Source: Phallusia mammillata (taxonomy: Eukaryota). Taken from it: a stretch of DNA of 64,000 bases. The DNA lies in NCBI GenBank assembly GCA_965637545.1, contig OZ281499.1, positions 8,928,001 through 8,992,000 of the forward strand. Direction: 5' to 3'. Below, piece by piece: positions 26,251-36,841 of the stretch. Within the stretch, counting starts at the first letter, position 1; every line of letters starts with the position of its first letter. The translations under genes were made by a program, and so were the position numbers. The notes under the pieces were generated by a model, which saw nothing but the letters and a program-made list of their open reading frames with translations, was not told the origin of the DNA and did no database searches.

Positions 26251-27008
26251 CGTGTACGCCTGGTTTACTGTGTTTTGTACAACATTGTATAATTATCACC
26301 AGTCGTCGTGTGTATGTTTTTTTTTGGAGCAGAGAGTTTGTTGTCAACAACAAGTAATATGCAGATGATTTTCAGGTTTGTTACAAAGTCTAACAGCTAA
26401 AAGGTCATCTTTACTTCGCTCTATTTTGAACCTGGTTTGTAAATGACTTTTTTTAAACATTCTTTGCGTTGCAATGAGCCGGGAACGAAAACGTGCCTTT
26501 TAAGAGGTAAAAAAGGGCGAATAGCGGGCCTTTTTGGTTGAAAGGGTCGTAATGTCTCTGGTGATAAAGAGGTATTGGACTTCTGCTATCAACAATGTAC
26601 AGATGTACGGAGCAATACGCACTTTGTTTGCACGTAATGTTTTTTTTTTCAAAAACTTTAGGTTCGGCCCGACTTACAGCTTTGCTGAAATAAACGTCTG
26701 TTCACAAAGTTAGGATCACAAAAGGTGTTGTAGTTGATGTAGGCAGGTTGTTACAATTTGGTATCATAACAAAACAATTACAAATGTTTGCTATTTAGTG
26801 AGACTGGCGGAGTTCCGAATAGTAACGACGCATATTCAACGCTTTGAAAAAAAGGCTTCGAAACAGTAACATGACCAGCGTTTTCCTCTGATGCAAAAAT
26901 ATATACGCAGAGAGTGTTGGGAAATAGTTTTTCTCAAAACTTCCGTAATATGCCCTACGCACAAAACGCTGGCGCTGTAATGTGAACATTGTACAGTATT
27001 ATATAGTT

Positions 27009-27227
27009 CATTGGTTCTCAAACTTTTTTTTTGTTGCGACGCCTCTGGAAAAGTTTTGTGAACTTGCGACGCACCAGCAAATCAAAGTTAATGAGGAAAC
27101 TTACTCTTAAAGTTGTGTTTGATGATACAACAACAAAAAAAAACACGAAACGGAACTATTCTGCGACGCCCTTGGAAAATTGCAACGACGCACCAGGGCG
27201 TCGCGACGCACAGTTTGAGAACTACTG
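27009..27227. mobile_element. hAT-type MITE
   Basis: TIR CATTGGTTCTCAAAC / GTTTGAGAACTACTG; perfect TSD ATATAGTT; repeated GCGACGC motifs. Confidence 0.88.
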
Positions 27228-28137
27228 ATATAGTTGGTCACTGCAATTGTCAAGTGGAAAGTACGAAAACCAAACTCGCGAAATCGAATAAGACATCCTT
27301 AAGTACTGTTAAGCCGGTCAAAATCGCCATAAAACTTAACCCGAGGCATGACTATGACAGCCACGAAGTTTTTCGCACTTGCATAACGAGATGATCCATT
27401 GTGTTTTTGAACATCATACAGAAATAACTTGATTGAGGCTGATAGTGCTTGCATTTATCTAACCATTACAGATTTGTTTTGAGAGACTTCGGCATACGGT
27501 GCACAGTTATGGGAAGTTAGTAAAGAGTTAAAAACGAACCTTACGTTTGTACATTTGTATAAGGTAAGACTTTGTAGCACACTTTGCAGGCTAACAACAC
27601 CAAAAAAAGCAACTATTGCAAGGCGAAATGACATAATAAATTATCACAGGTAAACTCACATCAGTTATAGTAATTAATATTTAGGAATTGTTATGTACAA
27701 AACACATATGTACAAAGTGACCAATAACGATCATCAACACATTAAAATACGTCTTTTAATATAACCGACGTAAGTAGCAGCTTGCTGCATGGAAGTCAGT
27801 AACGAAAAGAACTAAACCACGTTGCGTTATCACACAAAACTGGCTGATAATTGTTACGTCACACAACTCAATACATTGCAACACAAGATGTAGTGAGAAA
27901 AAGCGGCAATCAACAGACAGCAATTACTGGAAAATTAGATGCACCATAGATGTTTTCAGAATCTACTTCCAACTTTAGTGTCATGAGAGACAAGAGAGGG
28001 CCTAAAACATGAGATGACCGTATCATTCTGCAAAACCAAATGTTTTGTGGCAAACCAGTTTATTATTAAAAGTTTATTATTTATGTGTTTTATATACTCA
28101 GGTACTGCAAATTCATAACGTACATTATGTCTATAGC

Positions 28138-28518
28138 CAGGGTTGCCATACCGTCCTTATTTCTAAGATTTGTCCTTATTTTGAAGGGCTATGTCTTAGA
28201 AAAGTCCATTGTCCTTATTTCTAAGAAATGTCCTTATTTTTGACTTGAGTCCTTATTTTGTCTTATTTTCAACAATTACTGGTCAAATCCTTGCTACAAG
28301 TAAAAGTAAACCTAGACCTGAGCTGTCGTGAGATGCACAAAGTATTTTCTACGAACAAGGAGTGGCTTGAACAAATTGTTTCTGACAAAATATTGCATAT
28401 GATATGTCATGGCTCGTACAAATGCAAAGATTTGTTTAAAAACGTTTGTTTTATTTCGTATAAAAACATTAATTTTTCAGTTGTCCTTATTTTTGGTTTC
28501 AAGTCGATGGCAACCCTG
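28138..28518. mobile_element. hAT-type MITE (CAGGGTTGCCA TIR)
   Basis: TIR CAGGGTTGCCAT / ATGGCAACCCTG; perfect TSD TCTATAGC; multiple GTCCTTATTT sub-terminal repeats. Confidence 0.9.
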
Positions 28519-28682
28519 TCTATAGCTAAGATATAAGGTCTACTTCTCCACCATTTTAAGACATTCTGCATATTTTTTTCTAACTCAGTGTTGCCTTCAA
28601 ATCTGCTGTAACCTTTTTTTATGTTTACCAATTGTGCAAGGTTGTAAATGTAGGAAACTTTTTGTACATGCGAGTGAAGATC

Positions 28683-31600
28683 ATGGTAACTAAATTAGAC
28701 TCAAGGAGCAGTGACGCTGATGCCCCAAACCCGCACTTGAAAGAGGATGAGCTGTGCAACCTCGTCGGTGAAAAGGAAATAAGTGTTTCGAATTCGGATG
28801 AAAGCTTTGAAAATTTGGAAGTGATACTGGCGTGTCCTTCACTAAAAAGGTAGAAACATTTTTGTTATTATTTGCACTAAAAAAAATGGCAAATAAGGTT
28901 TAATTTTAATGCACCCAAAAGAAACGTTATTGTGTGAATGTGAATGAAGGCCGAAATCACTATATATCTTGAGTAAAATCATCTTAATGCCATGAATACA
29001 TTTGTAAACTAGGTGTATTTGCACCACCATTCTAAAATAGTATATCTTAATTGGGGTATTATCTGAAACGAAACCCGTGATAATAATCACCTAACACACA
29101 TTTTCCTTCACAGAAACGAAATCAGAAAGATTTGGAAGAACCTGATTCTTATATGTCTTGCATTTGTTGGTAACTTTATTGCGTTTAACGGCGCCAGCGC
29201 CCTTCAATCCAGTCTTAATGCCGAGGCAGGACTCGTGAGCGCTTCACTTTCTGTTATCTATGCTGCAATAATTATATCTGCAATGTTTTTACCAGCTTAT
29301 GGTAAGTTTACTATACGTATTTCGGTTGGTACCACAAAACACAGATGCAAAAACATGATAATTTGTATGAAAAGTTGCATATTATCATTTTATCTATCTT
29401 CAGTTGGGTAGCGGACCCCAGGCCATTACCAATTTGCTACCACCAGATGTTTCGCTGCATTGATTTTTTTTAACTTTCAATTCTGTTGTTTTAGTTATTT
29501 TTCAGGAGTTGGTTTAATTATAGTTAGGTATGTCAGATTAAAAACTAACTACAACGTTTTAAATTGCCAATTTTAACGCTTTAAATTGATAACCTGAAAC
29601 ACATTTTTGTGGGCGTTGAGCTTCGGTATTTTTATTGTAAACTGCTCTTGATTCAATTTAAAACGTAGATTAAACAATCAAAACATCGTCCAATCAATTA
29701 AGTAGTTTTCCGGAAAGAATGCATAACAGGCCAATAGGTCACAGTACTGCTCCCTTATGGCAATCTTATCCGTAGCTAAGGTATAAAATACTTTCTGTTA
29801 CCAAAAGGGTGCCTTACTTGTTGCTAGCCACCAACACTTTAATTAACTGATTTCGTTCATTTGGTTGCAAATGATTACAAGCAACAGTATAGCAATTAGA
29901 TTAGGACAATGCAGTGAAAAGCTAATTTAGCGCATAGGCGCAGCAGTTCACACTGGTATCATATCATCAGCCGGACAATCATAAAACAGCAACCTCTAGA
30001 AATACGCAACCCCAGGGAAAAAAGTCGTCCTGCACCAAATATCGCTTTGCTATTTAACGTAGTTTGTAACTGGCAAAATTTTACCATGAACATTCTAATT
30101 TTTCTCTTTTTTAGTAATTGACTGGCTTGGTTGCAAATGGACGATCGTTGTAGCGATTTGCGGCTACGTCACATATTATCTCGCTAATTTCTACCCACAT
30201 TGGGGAACTCTTATACCAAGTTCCATAATCCTCGGACTCTCTGCTGCTCCCCTGTGGTCTGCCAAGTGCACCTACCTCACCACATCTGCTAAAAGGTTTG
30301 TCCTAAAAAAGATCATTTAGTGCAGGGGTGTCTAACGTGCATGCAGCCCACCAAGCCCTCTAATGCGGCCCTCAAACAAAACAAAAATTGTAGTATTTAG
30401 TCAGATTTTTATCCAAATATAACAGTTTTTTAACTATTCAAAGTTGAAGCTATTCATTAAACGGACATTTACAGCTAGAACTTTAATAAAGAAATAAAAA
30501 AAATGTTATGAATAGAAACGATAGTAAACCGTTCCTCTAACTAAAAAAAGCGTTTAGTTTCAGTCAGGGGTGCAGAACTTGCGGCCGTGCGGACACATGC
30601 GGCCACAGAGACGAGTTTGTGCGGCCATGAACATGTTTATTAAAATACATTATATGTACTGGCGGCCGTGACGTAAATAAAACACATTTGCCAAATATTT
30701 TGACTTTCAAACTGCTCTAAACATATTTTGTGGTACTGAAAAAAGTATTACCATCCTAAATAGCCATATGCGTCAGACTTTTTGCGCCTATTGTGTACTA
30801 ACAATGCGAAAAAACAGGTACCACAGGCATCACAATATAGATTATGACGTCATAAACAATTAAGACTGATCTTCACACTGTGCAGCTCAATCTGCGCCAT
30901 CAAGTTGGAAATTAGTCTGGGCTTTTTGGGCGTCAATAGATGGTATACATATGATATAAACCTATTTCTTTACATCTGTAATTTTAAAACAAGGTGAAAT
31001 AAGGATCTGCAATACGGCCGTCGTGGCGAAAAGATTGTGCTGCCCTGGTTAAAGTTTATAAAACTAGATTAAAAATCACATGCGGCCCTTGGCATAATTT
31101 CCAACTGCAATGTGGCCCTCGAAGCCCCATGAGTTTGACACCCCTGATTTAGTGCAAACTGTTTCGAACTATAAGGTCTCATCAGTGCAGCTGGTGACGA
31201 GAGATAGGCCATACGAGCTAATGTAGCCTTTTACGGCACTCCAGTTTGTTTGGAGCAGTAAGCATACCATTCAAATGTATCAACTTGAAAAAAACGGACA
31301 CTTTGTCATTTGTCTAACGGTACTTGATAGACTTGCGAATTCTGTCAGAAGACCTAAACCGTTATTTTCAAACTCTCAATTATTGTTTAGGTATGCGTTA
31401 CTGACCAATGATATCACAGATGCAGTGGTTAACAGATTTTTTGGCGTTTTCTTTCTATTTTTCCAGTCAAGTCTGATTATTGGAAACCTACTTTCCTCGT
31501 TTGTTTTATCAGCTGACAACACAGAAAAACTTGGTAAAGTGTTAATAATGTGAAATTTCGTCTTTGTGGTTTACTACCAACCCGACTAGATATCCAACCC

Positions 31601-33805
31601 GATGTTTATTTTCTCTGCAGAATTTCCCACCTGCTATAACGAGACACTTATTGAACAAATTTGTGGCAAAAATGACTGCCAAGGCAAATTGTCAACTGCC
31701 AATGTCAAATACAACAGCAGTGACTGCTCTATCATTGAACTAGAAAGTTCGGGAGCGTCCAACTCCGCAATCTATATTTTAATGGGTATCTATACTGCCT
31801 CTGGTTTGTGCGGTGCACTTATATCAGCTGTTGGTGTCGACAATATCAAAGTCAGGTGGGCTTTTTACTGTTGAAAATTATTGAACATACTGATTTTTAT
31901 TGGCGGATTTGACAAATTCGAAGAAAGTTGTTTTGTGTTAGTAATGCTTAAATTGAATATGCTTGTGTTTACTTTGAAATGTAATGTTTCTGTTCTTTTG
32001 TTCACACCTAAAAGGCTTAGGCCACATAGTAACCGTTACGGATTTTAACGATACATATCCGCGTACATCTTGTAGATCCCAGGAAACTCGTGGACCGTTT
32101 GCTTTATTAATCGCATCATTTAACCAAATGAAAGACAAGAGACAGCTTTTACTTATTCCTATCACGATGTACAGCGGATTTGAAATGGCATTCCTAACTG
32201 GCGACTTTACACGGGTAAACGATCATGGTAGCAAGTTTAACCTAATCACAAGTAAACCATCTACTGAACACATCATACTTCGATATTTGGACTTTTACAT
32301 GCATGACATAACGCTTTTGTCAGCTTTTATAGGGTGAATAGGGTTTCAGCTGTGCTGACTTTTGATATTTTTTATTCAGTCTTTTGTTACTTGTCCTCTT
32401 GGGGTCAACTGGGTGGGATTTGTCTTCTTTTGCTATGGTGCTTGTGATGCAATTTTCTCACCTCTTGTCGGGGTGTTGGAGAAATTTACTGGACGGATTT
32501 TTTTGTTGACAGCTGCAGCTCTTATCAGTATTGGGGCTATTATCACAATGCAGGTTAATAAATGTCAGGCACTTAAATACGATGTTTTTCTGAACTGGTA
32601 AAAGCATTTGCAGCTTGATTTAATGCTTAATACTTATTTTTAGGTATGGACTCCTTATCCAAGTCAAGTACCGCTGTTCTTTATTCTTTCTGCACTTTGG
32701 GGGATCTCAGATGCTGTGTGGCAAACTCAGCTTAACGGTAAATAAAAAATTATTTAACTTGGTGATGTTATAAGCTTATAAGTTGAATTTCAGTCAATAG
32801 TGTAAAATCATTTTGTGGTATAACAGAAAGTTTGTATTGATCAGTTTAAGAAATGTTATCTTGTGTTGCAGCGTTGTACGGAGTACTTTTCTTTACAAAC
32901 CAAGAAGCAAGCTTTGCCAACTACAGACTTTGGGAATCAGTTGGGTTTGTCGTAGCATTTGCTTATCAAAACTTTATTTGCTTGTCAACAAAACTCTGGG
33001 TTCTGTTGAGTGTTGTTTTTATCGGGATGACGCTGTATTACTATGTTGAGGTAAGAATTTTCATTGAGCGTTAGTGGTAGTGAAATGTAACAGCATCAAA
33101 GTTGCAACACCGTAGTGGATCCGGGTTGGAACATCAACGTTTGTTTTGCCATTTAAAAAAAACGCGGTGTTAAATGTTTAACCTACGAAGGGAGGTGCTG
33201 TTTTTTTACAGTAAAATTTAAACTGAATCATAAAGCACAAAGTTTATGCTATACCAGCGTTGTAGGTCGGGGCGAGTTCGGGCTTGTGCTTGAATCACTG
33301 CCGGATGCGTATCTTGCGATCAGCGCATATATGCTCTGTTAAAGTTATGTTTGTTTTTTCTATCGCCTCTACCAAGAAAAAATGGAAATTTGATGATAAA
33401 AATTCCTTTAAGACAAGTATTGAAATCCTATGTATTTCATTTACTTGATTGTTTAAAGCAGTGGTTCTTAACCTTTTTTCCTTGCTGCACCCCTTTCAAA
33501 TCACCAACCAATTTTCGCACCCCCTTTCAAATCACCAACCAATTTTCGCTCCCCCTTCTGTATATGCTTAAATAGAATATACCTAACTAACCTTAATGAT
33601 TCAGCATCCCCGCACCCCCTAGGAACAGTTCTCGCACCCCTTGGGGGTGCGCGTACCCCTGGTTAAGAACCCCTGGTTTAAAGCGTCTAAGCTTTTGTGT
33701 ATATGTACATAATTCACACAACTTACATTTGTTTGTTTTTAGTATCAAGAAAGACAAAAGATTCCAGAAAAAGGAAAAGTGGCGAAAAACTATCTATCTC
33801 AATAG
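28683..33805 (+). CDS. UNC93A: UNC93A-like MFS membrane protein, copy 3 (complete; shortened C-tail)
   Basis: Exons 28683-28849, 29114-29301, 30115-30295, 31391-31533, 31621-31855, 32076-32214, 32380-32553, 32644-32737, 32872-33050, 33743-33805 (YQERQKIPEKGKVAKNYLSQ*). Confidence 0.9.
30323..31146. mobile_element. hAT-type MITE (outer) in intron 3 of copy 3
   Basis: TIR CAGGGGTGTC / GACACCCCTG; perfect TSD ATTTAGTG (30315-30322, 31147-31154); GCGGCC motifs. Confidence 0.88.
30565..31047. mobile_element. hAT-type MITE nested inside the 30323 element
   Basis: Ends CAGGGGTGCAGAAC / GTGCTGCCCTG; degenerate TSD GTTTCAGT/GTTAAAGT (6/8). Confidence 0.65.
31152..31228 (-). ncRNA. Hammerhead-ribozyme SINE-like element (family HH-A), 3'-truncated
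   Basis: Minus strand GCTGCA-CTGATGA-GACC-TTATA-GTTC-GAAA-CAGTTTGCACT. The 5' half and catalytic core are intact; the 3' strand of stem I is missing. Confidence 0.75.
33459..33675. mobile_element. hAT-type MITE
   Basis: TIR CAGTGGTTCTTAACC / GGTTAAGAACCCCTG; perfect TSD GTTTAAAG. Same family as 58547-58764 in the opposite orientation. Confidence 0.92.
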
Positions 33806-35641
33806 CATAAGAAAGTTCCCTGGACTTGCATTCCAACAATGGCTGATCAAATAAACAGCTGAGTAAATTCGGACACATGCGTATATCCACCTTTTGAAAG
33901 AACTGCTGCAAATCCAATAGCGCCATGTGGTACACCATAATCGTCATTTAGTATGCAAGCAACTTAATTTTTCGAGATTTTTTTGATGGAAAACAGGACG
34001 AACTTATTTCCATGGACAAAAGCAGATCAAGTTTTTAGCTTCAAGGAATTCCTTTTTTGTAACTGTTTTGATATACATCAGCTGTTACGAAAAGCTTTTC
34101 CAGTGGTAAATCCTCGTAAATATTTCGAAGTATAGACATGGTTTTGCTAGTAACGTGAAATTACCGTGCATAAATGCGTTATTTGTCGCTTACCGATCCA
34201 CTTTCGTTATTATTGACGAAGACGGTATTAGCTGCTACGGCGGAGAAAGCACAATACACAATTCGGTTTTTATTAGTCCTTCTTAGTACTACAGTAATCC
34301 TGAACACAAAAGCGTTTTTCCTGGAATTAACAAATCTACACCAGCTGAAAAAACGTCAAGAAGTCATTTGCAAAAAAACAAAAAAAACAAGAAGTTTAAC
34401 TTTTCACTTTCCACGAAATAACCACAAGCTAATTACATAATTATGACAGAAAATTTTTGCTCGCTATAGAACTATTACGAAGTGCACTTGATTGCACATA
34501 CAAATTTCTGCCGCTATCGTAACATAACATATATATCTACCATTAATAATTAGTTTATTAGCCGCTAAGTTAAGCGGAATATGGTGATAATAAAAAGTTG
34601 GAGAGAGCATGGACTTCAAATAAATATTTTTTGTAAGATGCAGATTTGGATAGAAATCACATACACGGCTTCTAAATAGGGAAGCAGTGCCCTCAAGTGA
34701 CTAATAGTAAGTTAAGTGAGCTTAATCTGGCCGGTTGGTGAGTTTTATTACAGAGTTTTTGGAATAAATCAGGAATTTCAGCTTAGTAAAACATACTTAA
34801 TGGCCGTACACTTTTTGACCCTTTGGTGTTAGATGACTTTTTTGTAAAAGAGAAATATTGCACGGGTGCCTAACGTATAATCCTTCGCATACTCCTTACA
34901 TTATTACTTTTGTTGGTCACAAAAATACATTACTTTTGTTAGTCACAAAATGCATAGTATCAGTCTTAAAAATCCTTGCAAGTTTTTAACTCATAATCAT
35001 TTTAAAGGTGCTTTTGAAATTATCATTATGGAGTCCAATAAAAGTCCCAACCGGTGCACACAACTAAAGTTAATTATGGATTGTAACAATACTTTCTTCA
35101 GTCGCAAGTTGGTACCGAAAAAAACCCACCGAAATGAAACCCTATACAACCCTTCGAGCAGATAAGGTTTTGGGTGGCAAGCTGACGAGTTTGTTATGTA
35201 TACTAAACAAATACAGACAGGCCTAGACTAATTCCAGCAAAACGAAAGTTAAAGAAAATGAGATATTCCACTATTATAGGAATGAAACAAACAAAAAACA
35301 ACTTCACTTTGTCTTTTCCTTTGTGAGAATTTTTATTTTGGTTAAAGTAAGAAAGATGACTACTGGCACTTTTACCTATGACTGCGCGGTATTCAGCGCT
35401 GTAGTAAATCCGGGTTGTAAGTATCAATTGTTATTACAACCGCAGCGCCGAATGTCTAACCAAAACAGGGCCCTGGTTTTGTTACAGAAAAACTTGTGTT
35501 CTTGAAGTGACTCTTGTGAAGCATATAACATAAGATTTACGCTACACATGGCAGAGGTGTAAAACATGCCATTACGAGGAGACGAAAACACATATTATGT
35601 CCAAAGTAAGAAGTAACAGATAAGATAGTACGAAAGTACTA

Positions 35642-36088
35642 TATATTGGGGAGACTGGAAGGTCACTCAACGCCCGCCGAAAAGAACATCAACGGGATGT
35701 TGCCAACAGCGACGCGAAGAAGTCGGCCCTGTCCAATCACAAGGCCACCGTATTGATTTTAATGCGGCGTCTGTTGTGGCCCGGGAGCCTGACTACAGGA
35801 AAAGACTATTTCTTGAGTCATGGAATATTCACCAACGGGGCAACACAATGAACATCAAAACACATGTGATGCTTCCAGCGTGCTACAGGCACCTGCTTAA
35901 AGATTAGAGGGCCAATCATTTGTTATCGCGCGGTGTTTTCGTTGCGTTGTTACGTGCTTGCGTTCCATTCTTTTTTCCTTTGTTTATCATGCACTGTACT
36001 AGTCGCATTCAGTGTTATTTACCCTGATGAAGACGACCTGTATAGGACGTCGAAACGTCGGAATAAAATCACATTTGCCAGAAGAGCT
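35642..36088 (+). mobile_element. 5'-truncated Penelope-like element: GIY-YIG endonuclease C-terminus plus pLTR
   Basis: YIGETGRSLNARRKEHQRDVANSDAKKSALSNH [frameshift] GHRIDFNAASVVAREPDYRKRLFLESWNIH...YRHLLKD*, then a hammerhead at 36012-36073. AAAGTACT at 35633 and 36100 is a possible TSD. Confidence 0.85.
36012..36073 (+). ncRNA. Minimal type-I hammerhead ribozyme of the Penelope pLTR
   Basis: CTGATGA (36024-30), stem II GACG.CCT-GTAT-AGG.CGTC, GAAA, palindromic minimal stem III ACGT, GTC triplet, stem I TTATT(TA)CC / GGAATAA. Confidence 0.75.
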
Positions 36089-36841
36089 CTTTAAACATAA
36101 AAGTACTGCACGTTGCACACTATTAAATAGGTATAATACAAAGCTACGCTTTTGAAACAAAATAGCACTCGCATGTCTGTGCTTAAAGAAATGAGAAAAA
36201 AAAGAAACAGTGCTGCCTCTGCCTGCGACGCAATCAGTTTTACAGACAGCGCGCTAAGAAAACAAAACTTTTTTTCAAAATAAATAAACATATAGTTCAT
36301 ACAAAAGCGAATGTACGATTTTCGACTAACAATAGTCATTTAATATGCATGATTACTGAACGTTGTACAGTAATAAAAAAGATCACTTTACAGCTGTACC
36401 CTGGCTTTAAAACAAACTTGGTACATTTTGTGTTCGACATAAAATAATAAAGAATTATTTTATCTCAAAATAATTAATCTATTGCCAAAGCAATTGTGTT
36501 TCTGCGCCTATAAGATACTGCATGTTAAGAGTAGTTAACGATTTGGAAAAATAATCAACTGCTTCTTTTTTAAAGCATGTAAAAGTGCGTACAAGTACAG
36601 TCCACATGAAAACGAAGGTGCCTATAGGTAGAGTCTAAAAGCCAACATTTTGTGCATTCTTTACTTTTGGTTATAAGTTAAATATAGTGTATACAATTGA
36701 GGAGAGCTACAAAGCTTATAGACACAGTCACTAGCCGCTCTAGCTTTTACACATGCAAAATTTTCTGCATAAAATTTCTACCCCTTCATACGCTATTGCC
36801 GTTTTCTACTCTTTCCTTTGTTTTGGCACTTATACTGGTCG

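Noticed and set aside
4452-34960. Small local tandem duplications (TTTTGGTCAAG x3 at about 4452-4487, GACTT x4 at about 14516, 23886-23940, 34904-34955)
   Set aside because: Ordinary slippage products with no further structure.
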